Assembly: GCF_964204645.1 (NCBI RefSeq)
Contig: NC_134026.1
Span: 1,945,950-2,009,949 of the forward strand
Origin: Tubulanus polymorphus
Taxonomy: Eukaryota; Animalia; Nemertea
Length of the DNA: 64,000 bases
Reading direction: 5' to 3'
Part shown: positions 1 to 12,900 of the stretch, piece by piece
Layout: each line of letters starts with the position of its first letter
Numbering within the stretch: the stretch's first letter is position 1
Position numbers and translations under genes: made by a program
The notes under the pieces: generated by a model
The model's database searches: none
Told to the model about the DNA's origin: nothing
The model's input: only the letters and a program-made list of their open reading frames with translations

Positions 1-575
1 ATTAGGCAATATAAGAAGGATATTAAATTTGAAAACTACATTAATCAGCTTGATGACGATTTAGTGACCAGTTTATTCCAGTTCAGGATTGGGTCTTATC
101 TCCTGCCTGCAAATAGATTATCAAACCTTCATTTACCCAGAACCGATAGATTATGCCCCGCCTGCAACGTTTTAGGAGACGAAGTACATTTTATTTTCGA
201 TTGTAATTTGCTAACCGAACCCCGTGAAAACCACTTAGATATAAATAAATACCTTTCGGAATTTAGATGTATTTCAAAATCCAACTTTAAATTAGGCTAA
301 ATTCATCAAAATAGGTCTAGATGTATATAAATCCCTCCGGTAGTATATGAATTGTAAATATATGTATTGTAAATATATGTATTGTAAATAGTAAATAGTA
401 TATTATGCACATAAGTGTTACATAAGTGTGAGACCAGTTAATTAAGTTTTGTAGCTTTTATTACCGTTTATGTAATTATTGTAAATACTGTTTTCTCCTC
501 CATATACCATGGAAATGGTTGGAGTGTAATAAATATTCGTATTCATATTCGTATTCGTATTCGTATTCGTATTCG
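1..575 (+). mobile_element. 3' fragment of non-LTR retrotransposon (RTE/RTE-X-like), copy 1
   Basis: Encodes FRIGSYLLP...CPACNVLGDEVHFIFDC (C-x2-C-x7-H-x4-C knuckle typical of LINE ORF2 C-termini), then a 3' UTR and a (TATTCG)n tail at ~534-575. Nearly identical to 1537-2114. Confidence 0.8.
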
Positions 576-956
576 ACACCTGTACATCCTCTATTCAGCA
601 TCAGGCGGGACAACTCTGAATCAGTATCAGTAATTACTAGGTAGGTTCGAACCCGGGACACACCTGTACATCCTCTATTCAGCATCAGGACAACTTGGAC
701 CACTACTGGGTTCGAACCCGGGACACCCCTGTACATCATCTAATCAGCATCAGGATCACTCTGAATCAGTATCAGTAATTACAGGGTTCGAACCCGGGAC
801 ACCCGTACATCCTCCATTCAGCATCAGGACCACTCTGAATCAGTGTGAGTAATTCCTAAGTTCGAACCCGGGACACTCCTGTAAATCCTCTATGCAGCAT
901 CAGGACAACTCTGCATCAGTTATCAGTAATTACTTTTGTTAAAATATCAACATTTT

Positions 957-1134
957 ACCGTACGGTGCTGCCTCTATGCTCGTCGCTAGCGGGATTTTCA
1001 TACACTAACGTTAGTCAACTCTGGCAAGCAAGCATTACGGAGTATAACGGGACAGCACGACGATTGCCAGAGTTGACTTCAGTTAGTGTATGGAAATCCC
1101 GCTAACGATGGGCGTAGCGGCAGCACCGTACGGT
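957..1134. mobile_element. ~178 bp palindromic (foldback/MITE-like) element, copy 1
   Basis: ACCGTACGGTGCTGCC...GGCAGCACCGTACGGT termini. Arms stay complementary inward to AGTCAACTCTGGCAA/TTGCCAGAGTTGACT. Confidence 0.8.
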
Positions 1135-1139
1135 CAGGA

Positions 1140-2114
1140 CACCATGTGTGTCGCTCATGTAGCTCTATACGGCTGCAAAATCTGGGGTTATGAGAATCTC
1201 GATTTACTAGAAAACCTCCACTGCTTATTCTGTAAAATTATAATGAAAGTTACGAATTATTCAATTTTTGGGTTAAAACGATATCGTGCAAGCAAACTAA
1301 ACTAAGTTCAATCCTTTATAAAATATCTCTCAATTTATATGTTAATGATAGGTTTAAGAGCCCCTGGCTGTTATTTATTAAGAAGATTTTTGATGACTGC
1401 GGTCTATCATATATTTGGACGCAGCAATTAATGGTTAACTCTATGACACTCTCAAAGAAATTAAAATGTGTACTCCGAGACCAGCACGTACAAGAGATAG
1501 ATTTTAAGTTGAATAATAACTCGCTGTACACTAATTCTAGGCAATATTAGAAGGATATTAAATTTGAAAACTACATTAATCAGCTTGATGACGATTTAGT
1601 GACCAGTTTATTCCAGTTCAGGATTGGGTCTTATCTCCTGCCTGCAAATAGATTATCAAACCTTCATTTACCCAGAACCGATAGATTATGCCCCGCCTGC
1701 AATGTTTTAGGAGACGAAGTACATTTTATTTTCGATTGTAATTTGATTACCGAATCCCGTTAAAACCACTTAGATATAAATAAATACCTTTCGGAATTTA
1801 GATGTATTTCAAAATCCAACTTTAAATTAGGCTAAATTCATCAAAATAGGTCTAGATGTATATAAATCCCTCCGGTAGTATATGAATTGTAAATATATGT
1901 ATTGTAAATATATGTATTGTAAATAGTAAATAGTATATTATGTACATAAGTGTTACATAAGTGTGAGACCAGTTAATTAAGTTTTGTAGCTTTTATTACC
2001 GTTTATGTAATTATTGTAAATACTGTTTTCTCCTCCATATACCATGGAAATGGTTGGAGTGTAATAAATATTCGTATTCGTATTCGTATTCGTATTCGTA
2101 TTCGTATTCGTATT
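1140..2114 (+). mobile_element. Degenerate non-LTR retrotransposon 3' fragment (RTE-X-like), copy 2
   Basis: LYGCKIWGYENLDLLENLHCLFCKIIMKV (post-RT region), then the zinc-knuckle region with a stop, and a (TATTCG)n tail at ~2069-2114. Confidence 0.8.
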
Positions 2115-2492
2115 GGACACCTGTACATCCTCTATTCAGCATCAGGCGGGACAACTCTGAATCAGTATCAGTAATTACTAGGTTCAAACCCGGGACACAC
2201 CTGTACATCCTCTATTCAGCATCAGGACAACTTGGACCACTACTGGGTTCGAACCCGGGACACCCTGTACATCATCTAATCACCATCAGGATCACTCTGA
2301 ATCAGTATCAGTAATTACTGGGTTCGAACCCGGGACACCCGCACATCCTCCATTCAGCATCAGGACCACTCTGAATCGGTGTGAGTAATTCCTAGGTTCG
2401 AACCCGGGACACTCCTGTAAATCCTCTATGCAGCATCAGGACAACTCTGCATCAGTTATCAGTAATTACTTTTGTTAAAATATCAACATTTC

Positions 2493-2670
2493 ACCGTACG
2501 GTGCTACCTCTATGCTCATCGGTAGCGGGATTTTCACACACTAACGTTAGTCAACTCTGGCAAGCAAGGGTTACGGAGTATAACTGGACAGCACGACGAT
2601 TGCCAGAGTTGACCTCAGTTAGTGTATAGAAATCCCGCTAACGATGAGCATAGCAGCAGCACCGTACGGT
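2493..2670. mobile_element. Palindromic element, copy 2
   Basis: Same ACCGTACGGTGCT...AGCACCGTACGGT inverted termini as 957-1134. Confidence 0.8.
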
Positions 2671-3064
2671 CAGCACAACCCTGTACGTCCTCTATTCAGC
2701 ATCAGGCGGGACAACTCTGAATCAGTATCAGTAATTACTAGGTTCGAACCCGGGATACCCCTGTACATCCTCTATTCAGCATCAGTGCCACTCTGGATTA
2801 TTGTCAGTAATTACTGGGTTCGAACCCGGGATACCCCTGTACATCCGCTATTCAGCATCAGTACCACTCTGAATCAGTGTCAGTAATTACTGGCATCGAA
2901 CCCGGGACACCCGCACATCCTCTATTCAACATCAGGACCACTCTGGATCAGTATCAGTAATTACCGGCTTCGAACCCGGGACACTCCTGTACATCCTCTA
3001 TTCAGCATCAGGACCACTCTGCATCAGTTATCAGTAATAACTTTTGTCAAGATATCAATATTTT

Positions 3065-3242
3065 ACCGTATGGTGCTGCCTCTATGCTCATCGGTAGTGG
3101 GATTTTCATACACTAACGTTAGTCAACTCTGGCAAGCAAGGGTTACGGAGTATAACTGGACAGCACGACGATTGCCAGAGTTGACTTCAGTTAGTGTATG
3201 GAAATCCCGTTAACGATGAGCAAAGCGGCAGCACCGTACGGT
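3065..3242. mobile_element. Palindromic element, copy 3
   Basis: Same family as 957-1134. Confidence 0.8.
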
Positions 3243-4081
3243 CGGGATACCCCTGTACGTCCTCTATTCAGCATCAGGCGGCCGGACAACTCTGAATCAG
3301 TATCAGTAATTTCTAGGCTCGAACCCGGGAAACACCTGTACATCTTCTATTCGGCATCAGGACAACTTGGACCACTATTGGTTTCGAACCCGGGACACCC
3401 CGGTACATCATCTAATCAGCATCAGGATCACTCTGAATCAGTATCTGTAATTACTGGGTTCGAACCCGGGACACCCGCCCTGTACATCGTCTATCCAGCA
3501 TCGGGTCAATCTGAATCAGTATCAGTCATCACTGGATTCGAACCCGGGACACCCCTGTCTTTTTGGCATCACAACCACTCAGAATAGGTATCAGTAATTA
3601 CCAGGTTCGAACCCGGGACATCCTGCTTATTAGTTATTGATTCTAAATTCCGGTAGATGGCGCATGCGAAACATGATTCATTCTTAAACTTTGCTATCGT
3701 CAATTCAATCATTTTGACAGTTCAGCGAAATTCCGATAGATGGCGAACTTATTGTCATAGCTCGAAACCGAGATACCCCTGTAATCCTCTAATCAGCATC
3801 AGTGCCACTCTGGATTATTGTCAGTAATTACTGGGTTCGAACCCGGGATACCCCTGTACATCCGCTATTCAGCATCAGTACCACTCTGAATCAGTGTCAG
3901 TAATTACTGGCATCGAACCCGGGACACCCGCACATCCTCGATTCAGCATCAGGACCACTCTGAATCAGTGTGAGTAATTCCTAGGTTCGAACCCGGGACA
4001 CTCCTGTAAATCCTCTATGCAGCATCAGGACCACTATGCATCAGTTATCAGTAATAACTTTTGTTAAGATATCAACATTTT

Positions 4082-4249
4082 ACCGTACGGTGCTGCCTCT
4101 ATGCTCATCCGTAGCGGGATTTTCATACACTAACGCTGGCAAGTAAGGGTTACGGAGTATAACTGGACAGCACGACGATTGCCAGAGTTGACTTCAGTTA
4201 GTGTATGGAAATCCCGCTAACGATGAGCAAAGCGGCAGCACCGTACGGT
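4082..4249. mobile_element. Palindromic element, copy 4 (about 10 bp deleted in left arm)
   Basis: Same family as 957-1134. Confidence 0.78.
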
Positions 4250-4629
4250 CGGGACACCCCAGTACGTCCTCTATTCAGCATCAGGCGGCCGGAAACTCTG
4301 AATCAGTATCAGTAATTACTAGGTTCGAACCCAGGGCACCCCTGTACATCCTCTATTCAGCATCAGGACCACTCTGGATCAGTGTCAGTAATTACCGGGT
4401 TCGAACTCGGGACACCCCTGTGCATCCTCTATTCAGCATCAGGCGGGACAAATCTCAATCAGTATCAGTGATTACTAGGTTCGAACCCGGGACACACCTG
4501 TACATCATCTAATCAGCATCAGGAACACTCTGAATCAGTATCTGTAATTACTGGGTTCGAACCCGGCCGAACACCCATCTATTCAGCATCAGGACCAGTC
4601 TGAATCAACAGTATACGGAATTACACCGT

Positions 4630-5168
4630 ATACTCCGTGATCAGCATGTGCAAGAGACAGAATTTAGGCTAAATAATAACCCGTTATACATTAATTTTAG
4701 ACAATATAAGAAGGATATTAAATTTGAAAACTATATAAATCGGCTTAATTACGACTTAGTGACCTGTTTATTCAAGTTCAGGATTGGATCTTATCTCTTA
4801 CCTGTAAATAAATTGTCAAATCTCCATCTACCGAGAACCGATAGATTATGTTCCAACTGTAACGTTTTAGGCGACGAACTACATTTCATTTTTGACACCG
4901 TATTCCGTGAAAAGCTACCTAAATTCAAATACCTTTCGGAATCTTGATGTTTTAAAAAATCCAACCTTTAAACTTGCTAAATTTATCAAATTAGGTCTAG
5001 ATGTATATAGATCCCTCCGGTAGTGTGTGTAAATAGAATGTTGTAAATAACGTTTGTTATGTTTCAAAGTGCTTTTATTTACTGTTTTTGTAAATAATTG
5101 TAAATACTGTTTTCTCCTCCATATACCATGGGAATGGTTGGAGTGTTATAAATATTCGAATTCGTATT
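4630..5168 (+). mobile_element. Diverged 3' fragment of the same LINE family, copy 3
   Basis: ORF 4648-4947 FKFRIGSYLLPVNKL...CSNCNVLGDELHFIFD. Same 3' UTR end (CATATACCATGGGAATGGTTGGAGTG) and a short TATTCG tail. Visibly more diverged than copies 1 and 2. Confidence 0.8.
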
Positions 5169-5972
5169 GATCTATCCCCTTCGGGCACCTCTATTCAGCA
5201 TCACTGCAGGATCACTGCTGAATCAGTATCAGTAATTTACTGGGTTCGAACCCGGGACATCCGCTTAGTTAATTCATTTATTTATATATTTTTACACTCA
5301 CAACCATTACAGGTATTTGGGTGACAACACAAAATGTAGAGATTTTTTTATTACTCGGTAAATTTACAAATTCAATAAACTTGTTTAAATGAACAAACAG
5401 AAATAACATATCGAAGTAATTTGTTTGGGCTATGCGCAATTAATCGCCACTTATTTCAGAGTGAAATTTATCGAAGAAGAAATCCGTTGAATGAATAACG
5501 CGCTTCGGATGCGCACGAAAGTCGTAACGTTTACAAGGAAGTAGTAACTCGTAAAATGTAAGTCGTAAAACGTAGCTCGTAAGTTGTATGACTCTTGAGG
5601 AATTCCATCGACCCTCGAGTGGTTCGAATCCTGAAAATGATGACCTAATAATTACTACGGCTGTCTCTAAACAATATAACCATTTTGTTGAGCGTCCAAG
5701 TATTAAGTAAAATATTTTAATAATCAATCAAAACGTAAGTATCTGCAGAATCCTAATTTTAGTTCTTCTACCCTTCCTCCTATTTTTGGCCTTTGGTGCA
5801 TGGTAGTATTTTGTTTACGCAAGCTGTTCTGTTATCAATTACAATTTAAATTCGACAATCATTCGGTGTAGCAGTGTGTGTATGCCACATCAATCATTTC
5901 TGGGTAGATTGGCTTCTTCCTTCAATTCTGTTTCCATTAATGAATGTCTGTTGTTATTTGAAATATTTTCAG

Positions 5973-7781
5973 ATGTATTCAACGCAACAATTCAAGAAAT
6001 ACACAAGCTTGGTAGTTTTGATATTTCAAACTACAAGTTTAGTGTTAACTATGAGATATTCCAGAACAGTTCAGGGCGATGGTCCCAGATATGTGTCATC
6101 AACTGCCGTCACAGTTGCAGAATTCATGAAACTTTTAGCTTGTTTTGTTGTTATTTTCTATGAACAAGGTAATCATTTCATTTAAAGAGTCATTGAGATT
6201 CATGTTTTCTATACAGATTTCTTCTTTTTGCATAGTGAAAATATATTCAAATGAATTTACTATGATATGCCTAAGAATACATGAAGAACAGAATTTATAG
6301 AACTTGAAGAAAGATATTTGCTTCAATATATCTTTCACTTATTATCATTTCAGGAATGTCATTAGTTGGACTGTTTTTAACGATAAAAAATGAAATTATT
6401 GATAAACCGATGGACACACTGAAACTGTTTATACCCTCGGCGCTTTATACCATCCAGAACAATCTATTATTCCTTGCACTTTCAAATCTGAATGCAGCTA
6501 CCTATCAGGTAAATAAGAAGCTAATCATGCAGATTTCTGAGAGCCCTATGATTGATAATAATTTGATGAATCTGATTTTAGGTTACATATCAATTGAAAA
6601 TACTCACCACAGCACTATTCTCAGTACTGATTTTAAGTAAGAGATTAGATAGCACAAAGTGGATATCACTGCTTATACTATTTTTCGGTGTTGCATTTGT
6701 CCAGGTAAGCATCGATTTATTATTTCCTCTAACGCTTGTGGATACAGTTAACCCTCGATTATCCACCCTCCGATTATCTTCTGCCGCTCGTAGTTTTCCA
6801 TCAAAATATTGAATCCCTAATAACTGCAATAAATAAGTTCATCATCAATCAAGACTATGTTTACTTATCTGCCATTGCTAACAGTGGCTGATAATCGAGA
6901 TTTCACTGTACATATGTTCAGTCTTTGATTGAAGTGCATTTCATGTTTAATACCTGCATTCGTTGCCATCAGATGCCATCAGGAGAATCAACTTCAACAG
7001 AAGAACATACAGCATCACAACAGTTCGTTGGACTAGTAGCAGTTCTGTGTGCCTGTTTCAGCAGTGGATTTGCTGGTGTTTACTTTGAGAAAATTCTCAA
7101 AGGCAGCAAGGCGAGTTTATGGATCAGAAACGTTCAACTTGGTAAGCCTTTTTTTAATTTACACTTTAAGTACATCGTACAAGCATTTTAAACCCATATG
7201 AACAAAACTTTTAACAGTCTGCACATTTATTGAAAAGAGGTAAAAAATATGCACTTTATTTTGTTTGAGGTTTATTTGGTGCTATTACTGGCCTTATTGG
7301 TGTTTTCATCAATGACAGTACAGCTGTTTTACAAAATGGCTTCTTCCAAGGTTATAATGAAGTAACGTGGATTGTGATCACATTACAGGTAATTCCTCAG
7401 TTATCAAAACCAGATCCTTACTGTAACGAACATTTTTGAGCGTGATTTTTCTTGTATGTTTCAGGCATTCGGTGGTTTAGTGATCGCCGTTGTGATTAAA
7501 TATGCAGATAACATTTTGAAGGGATTTGCCACCTCGTTATCAATTATATTGTCTACGATTATATCATACTTTCTGCTCCACGACTTCAACCCATCATGGT
7601 AAATTCATATATGAGTTGATGATTGAAATTCACAGTCCAAATATACCCTTCTAAGTTATAATTTTCTATTTCTAGGTTCTTTTTTCTTGGTGCTGCTATG
7701 GTCATTGGTGCTACATTTCTGTATGGAATGGAAAGAAAGAAACCAGACGCTCATTCTTCATTTTATTCATCGAAAGTATGA
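5973..7781 (+). CDS. SLC35A3: UDP-N-acetylglucosamine / nucleotide-sugar transporter (multi-exon)
   Basis: [90 protein letters not shown] introns; stop TGA 7779-7781. Confidence 0.88.
6745..6908. mobile_element. pogo/Tigger-like MITE in SLC35A3 intron
   Basis: TA|CAGTTAACCCTCGATTATC...GATAATCGAGATTTCACTG|TA: CAGT/ACTG termini with TA duplication. Confidence 0.7.
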
Positions 7782-9951
7782 ATGTTATAAAAACAGAGAC
7801 AGTATTTATCAATGCACACGCAGTTGTACTTAGAGAATCTATTTTTGTTTTTGACTTGTTTTGTTTGAAAAAAATTTCTTTCATTTGATCATGATAAATA
7901 TATCAACTTTTCATAGGGTAAAATATTACATAACAAGTGCTTCTAGTCATGTTGATGGTATTTTTAAGGGCTGTTGTTCAAACATATCTAATAAATTCTA
8001 TTTTTTTAGGCAACATAGCGATGCATATGAATTATCACCATTGAAGACTTCTCTGGGTTTAGTATATAATATTAAAATTGCATGTATAACGCAACCCTTT
8101 ATCTGAGAGTCAAAAAGAATTGCACTTGTCAGATATTTTGATAGCTTTTTGCGTAGAAATATTGCTCAAAAGAAGTATTTATCATGAAAGGTCTACAAGA
8201 TTTAGAATCTGTTTAAACAGTGATAATCTCAACTTAGGTTAAAAGAATCTATTCTATATATTCTAACAGCCATATCCTATGTTGCTATACATGCTTTCGC
8301 AAATCTATGTATTGAATGCCGCTTGCTGATCAGCCATTTTGAAATTTATTAACCGGTTTTAGTTTTTAACATTATTTTGCTTCGAAACTCATTTATTTTT
8401 CTGGCTCAGTGAAATGGTTTTTGCTCGTTAAGTCTCTGTGATTAAAAAACATACAACGAATGTATTCAACAAAGATCATTTTACCTTTCTTTACATTTTT
8501 ATCATTTTTTAGAAACTACGTGTAGTTACATCTCTCTAGTTGTATTAGTATCAAACATGAAAACCCTGATGGTGGTTTAGGTTATGTTCAGCTAAAGGAG
8601 ATTTTTAATCAAATTCTATGTAAAAATACTAGGAATCTTTTTTGATAGGTTTGTGGATCTACTTTTTTGTTGATAATAAAAATACAATAGACATTGTACA
8701 GGTAGTAACAACTTGTTTAATATTTGTACGTCATTTTAACAAACACTTGGATTGTTTCAGCAGACATCAGCAATTCAGATATTTGACCCAGCCACTATCT
8801 AATTTCAAGACAGATAATTCCAGGAAGAGAAAAGAATGTGTACGCACGGCTGGTTTGAGTTATCGAGCGGGATTAAGATTTAAGACATTGAAAATAAACT
8901 AATTTGAACTCAAAAGAGTTAACCCTAACTCTCAACTGTGGAACTGGATCCAGAGGAATAAGATAAAAGGACAAAGAGCGATCATAATAGAAAATATAAT
9001 ACTAATAAATGTGGGTTTATCTTCGCGAACTTTATTGAATTCAATGTTCAACTGCGAAATACCTATTATCAATAACAGCAGTTTTATCAAGAACAAACTA
9101 TACGGTACTTTATAATGAAGGGTCAGTGTCAACTGGTTATACATCATATCTACTAATATCAACTACTGGCATATAAATACTGCATGCATACTTTTTTACT
9201 ACCGCGACACCTCAACAAAGGGTGTTAGTTTCGGTTATTGTCTGAAAATGGCGAGAGAAAATCTGCTCTTAACTGGAAAAAGAAGCACAATCTGTCGCGT
9301 AATGTAATCTTAATAACACCATATATAAATTGTATGATAGTACTATATGTATATAAACTTCTAGAAAAATTGTAGTATTTACATTTAGACTTGGTTTCTT
9401 TATACATGTATTGCAAATTTATACCAGGGTATAGGATACCATTATCTAATTGATGTTAGGGAGCTTATATATACTCACTTAGTTTGTTTATATACAAGAA
9501 CATGGTGAAACATGGCACATTGTGAATAATTGTTAATACACGCCCATAGTAGACCAAGAGACAATCAAGAACAACCTATGACCGAAACACTCAACCTAGT
9601 CTATGTACAAGATTTTGTTCAGGGGTCAAACTTCTAGAGAACTAATGTATATACATTCCGACATGGACAAAACACACCTAAACCTGAGTCATAAGTACAA
9701 GTGTATCGATATTCAACAAGTTATCAGTTCCTGTACAGTATACCAGAGCACATGTTTTAATTAAAAGGCAAAACGAAAAAGACGCAACGGCAAGAAATCA
9801 ATAGAACTTTTCAGTATTACTCAAAGTAAATAAAATCAATAGAACTGATCAATATAATCAAAAGATTGACAATCACAGATGGTGCAAATGTTAATATTCA
9901 ACGACTGTATCAATTGTTTAAGAATAAATCGTTTTTCTTGTCACAGTCACA

Positions 9952-12900
9952 TCAAGCTTGTGCCCACTGAATGTGAGTATAGTGAGCGCGTAGGGCTCGC
10001 TCCAATTCTTCTGCGTGTTCTTTATCCCGAGTTTCAACAACACATTTTACCTAGAAATAAATAAGCAGGAAAATGTTATAATTCAGTAAAACACGCGGTA
10101 TTCATTTGTAGCAGAGAACAGTACAATAACAGTAGAATACCTGGACAGAAAAGATATCAGCTTTCAACCACGCTCTCTCATGATAGATATCTTTAATGCT
10201 AGAAATGAAAATAAAGTTGAATATCAAATGACACATTTCAATAATCATAATGTTCTATAACCATTTAACTTGAAGAATTGATGCTTTTACTTCAGTTATA
10301 GACATACGACGAATGACTTCTCGATGAAACATACCTGACACCCATACTGGCAATCAGTTTCGTAAGCTCTGCAATACCACCAGGACGATCAGAAACAGTA
10401 ATAAGAAACCGACATAAACGTCCATCAGCTGCTAAACCTCTCTCTAAACAACGACCTAATACAGTAGTGTCTATATTACCCCCGCATAATGGTACGACCA
10501 CCCTACAATATAGCATACAGCTGCTTAATACAATATCTAACTACAAACGAGATACCTAAAATACCACAATATTAGAAAAACTTACTTCTTGCCCTTTAAC
10601 TCAGGTAGCTGTCCAGCTAAAATAGCTGCTAATGCAGTAGCACCAGCCCCTTCACAGACACATTTCTCTAATTCCACTAGCCGTAATATAGCCAGAGCTA
10701 TAAATTCCTCGCTACAAACATAAACATACCGTTCAACATAATACATCCTGTTTAATGACTATCTGATATTGCAGCCATGACTTACTTGACGACAACCATT
10801 TTATCAATTATATTTTTGGAAGTTTCAAATGCATTTACACCCACGAGAGGGACAGCCAAACCTAAAATTTGAGAAGAACTTGCTAGTTTACACATCCTGA
10901 CCTGACAGTTATGAGCTAATACATGTACTATCACAATTTGTCATTACCATCAGCCAGTGTAGAGGATGCTTTTGTGTAAGTTGGTTTGCCAGCTTTGAGA
11001 GAAGTCGTAAAACTAGGGCATCGTTCAGATTCAACTCCCTTGAATGAAAATACACAAATCAAGACATACTTCAGGCAAAAATTGTGTATTAGAGCAATTT
11101 TTGAATAGCAAAATATCTTACAATAATTTGTACGTCAGGATATAAACTCTTTATAGCCAGCGCGGTGCCGGCAATCAGACCACCACCTCCAACGGGGATT
11201 ACAACAGCGTCGATATCAGAAACCTGTTCAACAATCTCTAAACCCATCGTTCCCTGACCAGCAAGAATGTGAGGATGATCATACCTAGAGAACAACAGAA
11301 CCAGAAACATTGTTTTATTCAATATCAGCTCGATTCAATTGAGAGAAACAAACACATAAATCATCGAAGTGAATACAGAACTTTCATTTCATATAAACAC
11401 TAACATCATTAGTGAGGTCAAAAGAGCATTAATAGAGCCATTTTACAGGGATTTTAAGCATTTTCAATCAGATAAGTCTTACCCATTTATGTACATGTAA
11501 CCTTGCTCTGAAGCCATCTTCAAGGCTATAGTTCGAGACTAGAAGAAAATTAACAATGAAAGAACATTTAGATCTTTTGTTGCCATCGCGAGATCTGCTT
11601 ATGACGAAATTCTTATGAAGAGTGAAAGTTTTGAACAGGATATTTCTATGAACTGATGTTTGTATGCAGCAATCAGAGGGATCTATATGAATCGAAAGGT
11701 GTAGCATAAATATCGGTATTTGTGAAAACGAACCTCTCCTATATCTTGTCCTTTAACGATGACGTTAGCTCCGTGTTGACGACACAGTTGTACTTTCATT
11801 AGTGGTGCAATAATAGGCATCACCACCGTAATGGGTATATTCAGATCATGTCCATGATAAGCTAGAGCTAAAGCATGATTACCAGCGCTAGCTGCTATAA
11901 CCCCGACCTTTTTCTGCTCCTAATATGAAATTGAAAGTTTTGATCATTGAAATCAAAACTTTGTCTTAAACAAAAGAAAATGGTAAGAGGCATTTTAAAG
12001 AATTGCGTCTTAGTTTTCAAATTTGTTTTATTGGAAAGACATAGATAAGACAGCAGGTATGTTTTTAGAAAACTGCGATGGCAAAAGTTTATTCTACTCA
12101 TGCTGATCTTAATTCAGTAGCCCAACCAAGGGCCTAGAGTATAATAAAAAAAACCAGACACAACAAGGCAATATAGGCCTAGGCTCAATCCTTCTTTTAT
12201 TGTAAACACACTTGTTTTGTTTTTGTCAGGCTACATGTATCCTTACTATTCATCGAATCTTTTGAACACAAAAATTGTCTCAATGCACAACACGTACAGC
12301 TGGCAATAGACCAATAACTGATTGTTAGACTAATATCAGGTCATCAATAGGCACCCAGGGTTTTATCTATAGCATACTGAAAGGTACCTTTTGAAATGTT
12401 GGAGACATCGAATAGGGCCTACAGACGACTACAGGTCATTTAAAGTCAACTCGATAATAGACATATAGCTTATAGCCTAACACTAATTCAGGAATGTCTA
12501 TGATATTTTCCCAACAAGTTTTATGATACCAATAAAACGCATGTGATTATCGTAGATATTTCATTAAACATAGACTTATTCATCTTAGAGATAAGAAAAT
12601 TCATTGATTTAACTTACACTTGAAAGCATCATTAAAGTATACCTCGCCCCTCTTTCTTTAAAGCTAAAATTTAGAATTAGTCATGCCGTGTGAAATGAAA
12701 GAGTCGATATTTCAAAATAACGAAATAAAGCCCACGTTGATATAATAGATGTCTTACCTGCCGGTGTGTTGTAAAAATTCCTTTTTGAAATAAATTTGCA
12801 TGCCCGTAAAATCAGACATGTGAGATTTCTGAAAGATAAAAGGACGCAGCTCATGAATGAACACATCGAAAATTAGAAATTCAGGATAACCGATTTGAAA

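Larger units (their letters stand above)
576..5262. repeat. Satellite array of ~56-80 bp units containing GGTTCGAACCCGGG (tRNA T-loop/B-box-like)
   Basis: Dozens of diverged copies of ACACCCCTGTACATCCTCTATTCAGCATCAGGACCACTCTGAATCAGTATCAGTAATTACTGGGTTCGAACCCGGG, interrupted by LINE fragments and hairpin elements. Confidence 0.92.

Noticed and set aside
476-4512. Short ORFs with YEYEYE/YSYSYS or ESVSVITRFEPG repeats
   Set aside because: These are translations of the (TATTCG)n LINE tail and of the satellite, not genes.
576-5262. CRISPR-like repeat/spacer array
   Set aside because: The sequences between the palindromic motifs are themselves repeated rather than unique spacers, no cas genes are present, and the context is eukaryotic.
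576-5262. Tandem functional tRNA genes
   Set aside because: Only the T-loop/B box is recognisable; I could not build acceptor, D or anticodon stems.
7790-9940. Short ORFs between SLC35A3 and the dehydratase
   Set aside because: No coding signal or splice pattern; consistent with convergent 3' UTRs.
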